Shown: positions 7,563-16,816, counted from the first letter of the stretch. The stretch is DNA of 17,875 bases from Candidatus Hermodarchaeota archaeon (GCA_016839805.1 JAEOTO010000020.1:1-17875), one strand, 5' to 3'. The notes: generated by a model from the sequence alone, not told the origin. A program made the numbers and translations.

Positions 7563-9011
7563 ATGGGGAAACTAATGACATGTTCATGTATGGATGGAAA
7601 TAGATTGGTTAGAAAAAGATTCCATCCAAGACCCAGCTTCACCATTTTCATTTTGGTATCGCTCATGCTAGCCCCAATATGGATCCAAATCTCATATGAA
7701 TTACCGAAAACATCGAACAATAACCATCCATCATCAACAGAATATCATAGAGGATCTAGCCTAGAACAGCCAACCAATCTGGAACACATGCAGATAGAAA
7801 AAATGTGGAACCGAACCTACAGCCGTTCGATGTACGATATCGGGTATGGGATAATCGAATGTCACGATGGTGGATTTGCGATAATTGGGGCTACCCAGCA
7901 AACAAGCATGGAAATGAGTCACCGATACAATTTATGGCTAATCCGAACAGATGCCTCAGGAAACGAGCGCTGGAACACTAGTTTTGGCCAAATAGGTTAC
8001 GATGGAGGGTATGATCTCGTTGAATGCCCTGACGGTGGATTCGCTCTTCTGGGATATTCAATGAACAATCAAAGTGATGCATCTGATATCTTTGTGGTGA
8101 GAACGGATGCCCAGGGGGGCCTCCTTTGGCATAGAATTCATCAAGTCACTGGTTCAGATTCAGGCTATTCGATTATACGGGTCCGTGCAGGTGGCTTTGC
8201 AGTGCTATGTAATCTCATGTTTCGTGAGACATATTTACTTCGAATTGGTGAGGATGGATCTTGGTTGTGGAACCAAACCTTTCCAGTGCCATCTCTTCGT
8301 ACGAATAAGGGACTTGTTGAATGTCCGGATGGAGGATTTGCATTTATTGCTAGTAATGATCCCCTCCGATGGTCCAGTGTAGGACTGTTTCGAACTGATG
8401 CGAATGGACAAATGTTATGGAATCGCTCATTTGGTGATGTTTCAGACACATATTCTGGACGAGGGTTGGTGCTATGCTCTGATGGAGGATTCGCCTTCAC
8501 CGGAGGTATATGGACAACAAATACAAATAATTGGGATATATGGTTGGTTCGTTCCGATTCTCAAGGTACCCTCTTATGGGATCGAAGTTTCGGAAGTTTG
8601 GAGTATGAAATTGCATATTCAATAACTCAAATCCAGGGAGGAGGATTCGCGTGTACAGGAATAGTGGAAACCGCTGAGGGATTTCATAATATCAGATTAG
8701 TAATTACGGATCCATTAGGAGAAACACTATTGGATCATAGAATTGTATGCTATAGTAATTATCGAGCATATTCTATTGTCGAATGTAAAGATGGAGGACT
8801 GGCATTTACCGGGGGATTTGATGAGGGAGATACTGGAATGAACTTGATATTATTCCGAATACCTGGAAACCCAAATTCGATTCTTACTAATCGAGTTGTG
8901 TGGGTTATTCTCGTTTTATTGCTTCCTCTGATGACTAGTGTCCTAGTGGTTTGGATTGCACTTCATTTTCTTCGATCAAAGGGCAAACAAAAGAAGGCCA
9001 AATCGCCGTAG
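7563..9011 (+). CDS. Cell-surface beta-propeller-like repeat protein with N-terminal signal/TM and C-terminal TM anchor
   Basis: About 7 repeats of about 50 aa, consensus D.GY.I.EC.DGGFA..G......WL.RTD..G..LWN.TFG; C-terminal TM followed by RSKGKQKKAK. True start may be downstream of 7563. Confidence 0.85.
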   Translation: MGKLMTCSCMDGNRLVRKRFHPRPSFTIFILVSLMLAPIWIQISYELPKTSNNNHPSSTEYHRGSSLEQPTNLEHMQIEKMWNRTYSRSMYDIGYGIIECHDGGFAIIGATQQTSMEMSHRYNLWLIRTDASGNERWNTSFGQIGYDGGYDLVECPDGGFALLGYSMNNQSDASDIFVVRTDAQGGLLWHRIHQVTGSDSGYSIIRVRAGGFAVLCNLMFRETYLLRIGEDGSWLWNQTFPVPSLRTNKGLVECPDGGFAFIASNDPLRWSSVGLFRTDANGQMLWNRSFGDVSDTYSGRGLVLCSDGGFAFTGGIWTTNTNNWDIWLVRSDSQGTLLWDRSFGSLEYEIAYSITQIQGGGFACTGIVETAEGFHNIRLVITDPLGETLLDHRIVCYSNYRAYSIVECKDGGLAFTGGFDEGDTGMNLILFRIPGNPNSILTNRVVWVILVLLLPLMTSVLVVWIALHFLRSKGKQKKAKSP

Positions 9012-9114
9012 AGTATTCCTGATGAGTTACCGGTATCCTAAGCTTTTTTTGGGATTTCACAATGAAACACCAATGATGGTTGTTTCCGACTCATGAACGA
9101 GGAGACTCACTGAA

Positions 9115-9468
9115 TTGATTGTCAAACATATTCGCGACAACCTGAGTAACCGTGATGGTACCTTACGTCTCCTAGGAATCTGGGATGATACTCTAAACCC
9201 TGGTACGTTAGTTGATCCTCATTCTCACCCCAATATTGAAGAAGTCTACTATATCCTTGAAGGTAAAGGGGAAGTCTTGGTAGGTCAAGAAACCCAACTT
9301 GTTAGCCCTGGACACATCATCTACATCCCCCCGAATACCATACACACAATTAGACCACGAGAGAATAAACCCCTTAGATGGATTACGATAGCAATTGCGA
9401 TTGATTCCCAATCCGAGCCTTCAAAAATAAAATCTAAACCACGTACACAAGAACCCTATATCGTTTGA
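9115..9468 (+). CDS. Cupin domain protein
   Basis: Metal-binding motifs PHSHPNIEEVYYILEGKG and GHIIYIPPNTIHTI; SD-like GAGGAG at 9099-9104 before the TTG start. Confidence 0.9.
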   Translation: MIVKHIRDNLSNRDGTLRLLGIWDDTLNPGTLVDPHSHPNIEEVYYILEGKGEVLVGQETQLVSPGHIIYIPPNTIHTIRPRENKPLRWITIAIAIDSQSEPSKIKSKPRTQEPYIV

Positions 9469-9561
9469 ACACGAAAATTGTAGAGTCCAGAGTTTTGTAG
9501 ATTGTAAATTTAATAGAGGGCACTGAGACTTATACTTGAAAATGTAAATGGACGGATCTTA

Positions 9562-10047
9562 ATGCCAAAGGATGATCAAGAAAAATCATGTTTGTCAGAT
9601 TTAGGCGGATTAATCCAATTATTTGGCGGGATCCTTGTTTTAGGGGCTCAAGTCACCCTGTTTTTTTTCCTTCAAGGCTTCTTAGCCTGGATCACCACGC
9701 AGCCTCCAGATCTGCAGATTCTTTTTGGCCAGCTAGCATTGATGCTTTTAATCTCAATCGCCATCATGGTAATCTGTGGAATTGTAACTATTCTAGCGGG
9801 TTTTATATCGTTTTACCGTAGTGGGACTCTTGGTGGATTTCTAGCCCTGTTTTTGGGAATTATTGTATTAGCCGTTGGTATCTGGTTAACTTTCGGTCTG
9901 AGTCTTTATCCCGGTCCCCTTCAATATGCTAGCGGGGTGCTGGCAATAGTAGGTGGCATTGTAAGTATCATTCCAGCATGGAAGCCACCTCAAGAACCTG
10001 AAAGTCGAAGACAACGCGATCAACGAGAACGAGAAAAACGGAAATAA
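9562..10047 (+). CDS. Four-TM Gly-rich membrane protein with basic C-terminal tail
   Basis: 161-aa ORF, four hydrophobic helices, RRQRDQREREKRK tail. Confidence 0.8.
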   Translation: MPKDDQEKSCLSDLGGLIQLFGGILVLGAQVTLFFFLQGFLAWITTQPPDLQILFGQLALMLLISIAIMVICGIVTILAGFISFYRSGTLGGFLALFLGIIVLAVGIWLTFGLSLYPGPLQYASGVLAIVGGIVSIIPAWKPPQEPESRRQRDQREREKRK

Positions 10048-10147
10048 ATGATTTGAATTTGGATGAGGAACCGGAGGTCGAGGGCGGGTTATTAGCTCTT
10101 TGCACTGCATGAAATATGGTGATACAAGGAAGGAATGTGTTGCTGAA

Positions 10148-11554
10148 CTAGCTAAGAATTCGCCTAAAGGAATAGCGTGAAAATACGAAAATAATGGGTA
10201 GAAAGACCAATGCTCCAAATATGATAGTTGCACCCTTAGCTATCAGAAATAGTTGATAACGAATTAGCATCTCAGATACTGTTGAGACATAGAGATTGCT
10301 GTTCAAATACACCGTAGACCCATCTAAGGTGTAATATACTAACTGAGATGCTGATTGGAATTTTTGTAGATGAACAAGATAGCTGTATTGGGAATCAATC
10401 ATCACAAGATCGACATACGAATTCTGTGTGGGGATATCAGTGAGTAGGATTGGGGAGTCCCAACTCGTGCCAATTCGCTTCATAATATAGAAACGAATTA
10501 GTAAGTTCCAGGAAGAAGCCACAAAGTTAGGAGGGGGAATAAAATGTTCTTGCCCTAAGAGTTGAAGGTTATTATCTGAATCCACTTCCAAATCGAAGAG
10601 TCGTCCGGGAATTTGATCAAAATGAGTAGTTGCACTCCACGTTTGGTTATAGTAGGATCGGTGAAAAATATCACCTGAATATTCACACCATACAACATGA
10701 ATTGTTTCATCCGGACTCATAACCACCAACCATTCATCAAGACCCCAGGTGCCATTATTAACCAGTACGTCTTGAGACCAGGATCCATTGCGATAGGAAC
10801 GAAATGCTAGCCCAAAGTTATCTTGACTGTAATTATCCCAGAAAAAGTAAAGGTGGTCATCGAAACCTGCCAAGAGCTGTGATCGTTGTAGATAATGAGC
10901 ACCCTCAGCTGTCTCATCTAACAAGGTTACTGGAGGTAACATCGATCCAACTTGCCAACACTGGAGTTGCCACTGAGAATCAGATAGGTGGTTGAGATAA
11001 AAGGCATGAAGAGTGCCATTCAACCCATATTGGAGTTGAAATTTGGATACCACATGGGTATTGGGAAGTATTTGGATGGTTGACCAGGCTGTGTTATTGT
11101 ACACTCGAAGATAGCCTTGTCCATCTCTTGGATCAAAATACCAATTAGGGAGGGGTTGAATCCACCCAATAGCGATATTTCCTGTTGAATCACATGTCAG
11201 GGTGGTTCGAATATCTTCAGAATAAGACCAGATTTGATAAGGTAACCAATTGGTTCTAAATGGTTCTGATATGAGTATCGGATCAATATCGTGAGTAGGG
11301 GCCTGGTATTTCATGACACAGCGTACGGAACCATTGGGGAGAGAGATTACTTCTCCCCAGCATACTTGTAACTGGTTAGCCCCATCTAATTCCGCTTGAG
11401 GGGATATTGGACCAATTGCCGGTTGATAATACAACCCATCTATTGCGGGGGCAGTCATAACGGATACAAAAAGGAAGACCCCAATTATCATCACTTGGAA
11501 AAGAATAATCAGAGTAGGCTTAAGCGATTGTGAAGAATTAGGGCTCCTTGTCAA
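10148..11554 (-). CDS. Cell-surface beta-propeller/BNR-like protein with N- and C-terminal TM segments (start reassigned from 11791 to TTG 11554)
   Basis: Repeats of D..G..H..W...Y......WS; TTG 11554 is in frame and overlaps the upstream TGA (TTGA coupling), and is followed by a signal-like hydrophobic stretch. Confidence 0.75.
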   Translation of the reverse strand: MTRSPNSSQSLKPTLIILFQVMIIGVFLFVSVMTAPAIDGLYYQPAIGPISPQAELDGANQLQVCWGEVISLPNGSVRCVMKYQAPTHDIDPILISEPFRTNWLPYQIWSYSEDIRTTLTCDSTGNIAIGWIQPLPNWYFDPRDGQGYLRVYNNTAWSTIQILPNTHVVSKFQLQYGLNGTLHAFYLNHLSDSQWQLQCWQVGSMLPPVTLLDETAEGAHYLQRSQLLAGFDDHLYFFWDNYSQDNFGLAFRSYRNGSWSQDVLVNNGTWGLDEWLVVMSPDETIHVVWCEYSGDIFHRSYYNQTWSATTHFDQIPGRLFDLEVDSDNNLQLLGQEHFIPPPNFVASSWNLLIRFYIMKRIGTSWDSPILLTDIPTQNSYVDLVMIDSQYSYLVHLQKFQSASQLVYYTLDGSTVYLNSNLYVSTVSEMLIRYQLFLIAKGATIIFGALVFLPIIFVFSRYSFRRILS

Positions 11555-12204
11555 GGTAGTACACCTTCCCAAAGTAATTGTATCCGATAATGTGGTGGGG
11601 GTTGATTTCGCCAGTCTCGTTGTTGAAACGTGGTAAATAGAAACCATAGGAAGATACCGATCATGAAAAGGGTGATAATGGAAGTGAGATAGAGGAATAA
11701 CGCACTTATGAACACCGATAAGCTGGTTAGCATACCTAACAAGAAAGTGCAGGAGTTGGCTATTACCGTAGTGGCTCCAATGAATTGCCAATGATTGAGG
11801 GGACCAAGCTCGTTTGTTGTTCTACCTGGTATTTGGAGAAACCATTTGGTTCCACTTCGCCAGAACCAGAATTCGAGGAGAATAGGAGCTAAGAAAAATC
11901 CGATGAACACACCCCAGGGATTGTAAGCAAGGTTAATTCCTAGGTGAAGAAGAACAGTGTATGAAGGTGATGTTATGGGGCTGATGAAAAGGCCAAAGAG
12001 TAAGATGGCAATTCCAAAGGATAAGGGTGTGCTGATGACCTGAACAAAACTCATGTAACCAAGAATATGGACAGCGCGGATATTCCCTAGTTGGCGTTTG
12101 AGTATCTGGTGCCAGACGAGGCCCTCAATGAAGGCACTCATGGCCCAGCTAGCTAACAGCGATCCTAATAACAGGTAAATTTCGTATGAATATAGCACGC
12201 TCAT
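11551..12204 (-). CDS. Polytopic membrane protein, unknown function
   Basis: 217-aa ORF with about 5 TM helices; stop overlaps the start of the downstream surface protein. Confidence 0.75.
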   Translation of the reverse strand: MSVLYSYEIYLLLGSLLASWAMSAFIEGLVWHQILKRQLGNIRAVHILGYMSFVQVISTPLSFGIAILLFGLFISPITSPSYTVLLHLGINLAYNPWGVFIGFFLAPILLEFWFWRSGTKWFLQIPGRTTNELGPLNHWQFIGATTVIANSCTFLLGMLTSLSVFISALFLYLTSIITLFMIGIFLWFLFTTFQQRDWRNQPPPHYRIQLLWEGVLP

Positions 12205-12300
12205 AACTATGATCCCTCACCGTTGCACCAAATGCTAGAAGGAAGAGCAGGCTTTTTAGATTGTGCTGTGGGCAAATAAATATTGAATTCATTGGAAGTG

Positions 12301-12753
12301 ATGTTCGTGAGTTTGGATGAGTATCGGGCAAAACGCGATTTTAGCAAAACTTCTGAACCCCCTCCAGAAGTCAAGGTTAGTGCTGGTAACTTATATGTAA
12401 TTCAACGGCATGAAGCCAGAAATCTGCACTGGGACCTTAGACTAGAACAGAATGGAGTTTTAGTGAGTTGGGCAGTACCTAAGGAACCACCCACAAAAAA
12501 AGGGGTCCGTCGACTAGCCATTCAAACAGAAGATCATCCATTAGAGTATGCTAGTTTTTCGGGGACAATTCCTGAGGGCGAATATGGTGCTGGGAAAGTG
12601 GAGATTTGGGATAGGGGAAATTTTGAAACGGAGAAATGGGAAGAGAAGGAGATCATCGTGATTCTACATGGGAAGCGCTTAGAGGGACAATATTGTCTTA
12701 TTCGGTTTCAAAAAGTCAAGGACGGTTGGCTGTTCTTCCGCTGTGGACCGTAA
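12301..12753 (+). CDS. Stand-alone DNA 3'-phosphoesterase (LigD PE domain)
   Basis: LDEYRAKRDFSKTSEP, VIQRHEARNLHWDLRLE, SWAVPK, RLAIQTEDHPLEY, GTIPEGEYGAGKVEIWDRG are diagnostic LigD_N/PE motifs; no ligase or polymerase domain is fused. Confidence 0.93.
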   Translation: MFVSLDEYRAKRDFSKTSEPPPEVKVSAGNLYVIQRHEARNLHWDLRLEQNGVLVSWAVPKEPPTKKGVRRLAIQTEDHPLEYASFSGTIPEGEYGAGKVEIWDRGNFETEKWEEKEIIVILHGKRLEGQYCLIRFQKVKDGWLFFRCGP

Positions 12754-12861
12754 GAGGCCTTTTTGTCGAGGCAATCTTGTCACATAGACAATCTTTTAGG
12801 TTTAAACAGAGAATTATACATATTCGTTAAAGTCACGTTTTGACTGGAGAGAAGCCATCAG

Positions 12862-13722
12862 GTGAAGCTGGTCACCTACGTAACAGATGCTGGTCCCCGC
12901 GTTGGTTGTATTGATGATGGAGAGGTTGTACCAACACCCGGCATCCCGGATATAATTAACTTATTCTACGATCCCTCATTGGAACACTCCATTGAAGCGG
13001 CCTTGAAAGGACGGATTGATGCACAACCCCTTAACGAAGTGGAACTTCTTGCACCGATCCCCAGGCCCACCAAAATCATCGCTATTGGACTCAACTATCG
13101 TGATCATGCTGAGGAAACAGGGCAAAAACTACCTAAAGCCCCTATCTTATTTTCAAAACCACCAACTGCTGTTATTGGTCATGAGTCGAATATCATTATC
13201 CCTGACGGTGCTTCACAGGTTGACTACGAAGTAGAGCTCGGCGTTGTTATGGGTAAGGGTGGACGGAATATTCCTGTCGAACTTGCTTTAGACTATGTAG
13301 GTGGTTATACCGTATTCAACGATATATCTGCACGGGACTATCAATTTCGTGATGGGCAGTGGTTCCGAGGTAAAAGCTTTGATACTTTCGCTCCAATGGG
13401 TCCATGTCTCACCCTCCCGGATCAGATTCCTAATCCCCAAGAATTGAAGATGCAACTTCGACTTAATGGAAAAACGCGTCAAAAAAGTTCAACGGCAAAC
13501 ATGGTTTTTTCCGTTGCCGAGTTGATAGCTGATATTTCCCAGGTCATGACGTTTGAACCAGGAGATGTTATAGCTACTGGCACGCCCTCTGGCGTTGGGT
13601 TTAAAGTTAAACCGAAGCCCATCTTTCTTCAAGATGGCGATTTAGTTGAAGCAGAAATTGAGGGAATTGGTATACTCCGGAACCCTGTTATAAAAAAATC
13701 ACACATTCCCCTAGATTCTTAA
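12862..13722 (+). CDS. Fumarylacetoacetate hydrolase family protein
   Basis: KIIAIGLNYRDH, DYEVELGVV, NDISARD, GKSFDTFAPMGP, GDVIATGTPSGVG; SD-like GGAG upstream of the GTG start. Confidence 0.95.
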   Translation: MKLVTYVTDAGPRVGCIDDGEVVPTPGIPDIINLFYDPSLEHSIEAALKGRIDAQPLNEVELLAPIPRPTKIIAIGLNYRDHAEETGQKLPKAPILFSKPPTAVIGHESNIIIPDGASQVDYEVELGVVMGKGGRNIPVELALDYVGGYTVFNDISARDYQFRDGQWFRGKSFDTFAPMGPCLTLPDQIPNPQELKMQLRLNGKTRQKSSTANMVFSVAELIADISQVMTFEPGDVIATGTPSGVGFKVKPKPIFLQDGDLVEAEIEGIGILRNPVIKKSHIPLDS

Positions 13723-13756
13723 TCCATGATTAAGAACCCGTATACGGGAAATTCTA

Positions 13757-14725
13757 ATGCCGTTAACTGGTGTGGATTTGTTGCTCACTTATCAATGCAC
13801 AAGTCGATGCCACCATTGTCTTTACCGAGCGGGTTCGCATCACCAAGATTTAATGTCAGAACAACAATTTCATGCTATCCTCGAATCCCTCGAAGGATTC
13901 CCTCTTCGTTGGATCATGCTGTTTGGTGGAGAACCGCTTCTTTTTCAAGATCAACTATACCAATGGATTAACACGATTTCTAAGCGATTTCCATCTGTGA
14001 ATAGAGGCATTATCACTAACGGTTTCTGGGCTAAAACGGCTGAAGACCGTAGACAGATCCTAAGGAAATTAAGTGCAGCTGGACTAACCCACCTATCACT
14101 AAGTTATGACAGCTTCCATGCCCGCTTCGTTAATCCCGAATATATCCAAAGGATTTTGAATGAGTTAAAAACTGATGATTTCCAAAAAGTGACAATTGAT
14201 TCCTACTTCCTCTTTGGAGAAAATGCACAAAACGATTACAATTACAAAACCAATAGACTGCTTGAGCAATTAAATATCCCATCTTTTGTGGTACTTCAAA
14301 AGTTTAACGTGTTAACAGTAGGACGAATGGTTGATCACCTTCAAGGCAATTCGACCCTATACACTTTCGATGATTCACCTTGTCAAGTACCCTATTGGTT
14401 AGGATCCAGCCTTGCTCAATTATCAACCATCGAAATTGACAGTGCCGGATATGTTACTCTTTGTCCTGGTATTACGATTGGTAACATGCACCAAATGCCA
14501 CTTCATGAAATTATCTCATCCTATAATCCAATTCAACATCCCATAATCCATGCCCTTACTAGCACAGGTATTGGGGGACTTATTCAACTAGCGCAAGAAC
14601 ACAATGTAAAAATATCGACCTTAAAGGTCAGTAGTGCCTGTCATGCCTGTTACATACTCCGTCGTGCTTTACTTGACACATTTCCAAACTACCTCGCACC
14701 CCGACATCTATATGGATCTGATTAG
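13757..14725 (+). CDS. Radical SAM protein with C-terminal Cys-containing (SPASM/twitch-like) extension
   Basis: CxxxCxxC (CTSRCHHC), GGEPLL, ITNGFWA, LSYDSFH; C-terminal PC..., LCPG..IGN, CHAC. Confidence 0.92.
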   Translation: MPLTGVDLLLTYQCTSRCHHCLYRAGSHHQDLMSEQQFHAILESLEGFPLRWIMLFGGEPLLFQDQLYQWINTISKRFPSVNRGIITNGFWAKTAEDRRQILRKLSAAGLTHLSLSYDSFHARFVNPEYIQRILNELKTDDFQKVTIDSYFLFGENAQNDYNYKTNRLLEQLNIPSFVVLQKFNVLTVGRMVDHLQGNSTLYTFDDSPCQVPYWLGSSLAQLSTIEIDSAGYVTLCPGITIGNMHQMPLHEIISSYNPIQHPIIHALTSTGIGGLIQLAQEHNVKISTLKVSSACHACYILRRALLDTFPNYLAPRHLYGSD

Positions 14726-16689
14726 GATTCTGGATTATTTTCCTCATTAGAATAGTCGAGTAACTGTTTTTGCTGTTCAGTGTGCGAATCGCGTTTTGAG
14801 AGTTTAAATTCCGATTCATCGGTAGTGAAAGGTTCATGGGATTTGTCCGAGAGGAATATGTCAAGCCCTCGTGACTGTTTCCGAGGAAACTCGATTTGCA
14901 TAGGACCCAAAACCTGTTCAAAGGCCATGTCAAGTTTCCTGATATAATCAGGCACATCGATTTCATTTCGTGTAGCCATACGAGTGGGCTTTACACTAAA
15001 AGTTCGGGCACCATACCGGAAGGGTTTCACCTTTACAAAGCCGATTTCATCTCGTTTCTTTACTTTGATACCTTTATCTTTCAGTTGCTCAAGGGCTTGA
15101 TAGGGTTGTGGAAGTCCCGCTCCTTTTCGGCGTTCCTTATCTGCCCTCCAAAGTTTCACTCGATATTCAAGATCTTCAACGGTGAATTCACGCCGACGAA
15201 GCTTGGATATCTGTTGTTTAAGAATCTCAATAATCTTAGGACCAACTTGGGCTAGTTTTTTAGGGTTATCAATACCTTTGAGAGGTTTGACAGCTTCTAG
15301 AAAGATTTGGCGGAATCGTGGAGGCGTGCTGGATTTTCCTAAAGTAATTCCTTTAATGTCGGGTGTTCCATCGGGAAGCATTCCGAAATAGGCTTTCTTT
15401 GCAGAACTAAAGACACAGAGTGGATACACCACATCTACAGCAAGAATGAGATCGAGCTCATCTTTTACTTTTGCAATGAGCCAGTTGATCTGTTTAAGAG
15501 TTGGTTGGTCCAAAAAAAGCGAATCGGTATCACCATAGATAGGACGCATACCCTTCTCAACAGCGTAATCCCAGCTGTTTCGTAATGACCATCGCCCATA
15601 GGCCATCATGGACTCTGCAAGGGGAGGAGATGCAAGACCATGGATTCGAATAGTTACGCCACCACTACTCACCAATAAAAATTTCAGAAGATCTGAGATA
15701 ATTTGTGCTTTCTTGCGTTCCTCAGTAGGTATATCCTTCTGGCGGCTTAAGGGTTTAAACCAATGAATACGTAAATCTTTAAGTGCACCAATCAAGGCAC
15801 TGAAGATACCACGACGATGTGTACAAACATAGTGGGGCTCATCAGGTACCTGATTAGATTGACATTCAGGGTGACCACAATTCATTGTCTCATAAGCGAG
15901 ATTATATCGATCAATCAAGCTCGGATATAGTGACTCGAAATCCACAACTGTCATGTTATAATAGACACCGGGTGTTGGTGCTATTGTCAAGGCACCTTCC
16001 ACGCGATGAGGTGTGTGCCCCAGTGTAAGTTCTTCTGGATTAGGGATTAAAATATCAAGGTGCCGATAACTGGTGTGTAGCATCGACCGAATCCAATCAG
16101 AAACGCTCCGGCTTTTCAAGGCGCGTTGGAAAGGAATATTAGCAATTCGAGCAAGCATAACACCCCAGAGTAGTCTGGAATCATCATATTTTTCTTCAAT
16201 ACGCAATAGGTCCCGAGGTATTTCTGGTACAGGTTGAATCGCGTAGCTGAAGAATTCCTTCAATAGATCAAATTTCAGGGGATCTTCATCAGCGGTTTGC
16301 GCAAATTTTGTGTTAAATGCATCGAGTTGATTCCTTGGTAAATGTAAGTTAAGTTGATGTCCTTTCAGTGTTGGCTTGTGAGGACACCAGAATCGGAGCA
16401 GCTGATCATAAATATAGCTTGATGCTGGTTTAAGGTCACGTTCCCATTCTCGCTCAGTTTCCACCATACTATCCATTGGAATAGAGGCTACTGTGAGAAA
16501 CTCGTCGTTCATCAAGTCTTTTCGTTTAACTTGCGTTCCTAAGCTGGCGGGTAAGGCATAGAAATGCGGGGTAAAATCATCATGAACTGTGATCAGCTGT
16601 TGTTCGGGTGTCTGTAAATATGTAAGCTCAACGCGCCCAAGAACAGCATCATAGGCTGCATCCAATAACCAGAGGTGACTATCAGACAT
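14722..16689 (-). CDS. polB: Family B DNA polymerase, PolB1-like, lacking the 3'-5' exonuclease domain and with divergent motif B
   Basis: Motif A DFESLYPS (about 15919-15942), motif C YGDTDSLF (about 15514-15537), KKAYFG, PolB1-type YETMNCGHPEC...HYVC and LKDLR; no ExoI DIE motif; 655 aa. Confidence 0.9.
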   Translation of the reverse strand: MSDSHLWLLDAAYDAVLGRVELTYLQTPEQQLITVHDDFTPHFYALPASLGTQVKRKDLMNDEFLTVASIPMDSMVETEREWERDLKPASSYIYDQLLRFWCPHKPTLKGHQLNLHLPRNQLDAFNTKFAQTADEDPLKFDLLKEFFSYAIQPVPEIPRDLLRIEEKYDDSRLLWGVMLARIANIPFQRALKSRSVSDWIRSMLHTSYRHLDILIPNPEELTLGHTPHRVEGALTIAPTPGVYYNMTVVDFESLYPSLIDRYNLAYETMNCGHPECQSNQVPDEPHYVCTHRRGIFSALIGALKDLRIHWFKPLSRQKDIPTEERKKAQIISDLLKFLLVSSGGVTIRIHGLASPPLAESMMAYGRWSLRNSWDYAVEKGMRPIYGDTDSLFLDQPTLKQINWLIAKVKDELDLILAVDVVYPLCVFSSAKKAYFGMLPDGTPDIKGITLGKSSTPPRFRQIFLEAVKPLKGIDNPKKLAQVGPKIIEILKQQISKLRRREFTVEDLEYRVKLWRADKERRKGAGLPQPYQALEQLKDKGIKVKKRDEIGFVKVKPFRYGARTFSVKPTRMATRNEIDVPDYIRKLDMAFEQVLGPMQIEFPRKQSRGLDIFLSDKSHEPFTTDESEFKLSKRDSHTEQQKQLLDYSNEENNPES

Positions 16690-16816
16690 ATGTAGGTATC
16701 TCCAAGGCTACGCCAAGAATGAGGAATTCCCCTTGCTTTAAGGTTGTGCTCGATGTCACATGATTGAATGCCATAATCAGTAGAGCATTATAGAGGTTTG
16801 GAATAACCTGACAATC

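Noticed and set aside
9011-9094. Hammerhead ribozyme (CUGAUGA...GAAAC...GUU)
   Set aside because: Core words and stem III are present, but stem I cannot form next to the core and stem II lacks the G-C closing pair.
10059-10151. Tiny ORF with CxxU (LCTA-TGA-NMV) as a selenoprotein
   Set aside because: About 30 codons, TTG start, no thioredoxin-like context and no recognisable SECIS; plausible by chance.
11555-11791. N-terminal 79 aa of the 547-aa ORF
   Set aside because: Out-of-frame overlap with the upstream membrane gene; the coupled TTG start at 11554 is more parsimonious.
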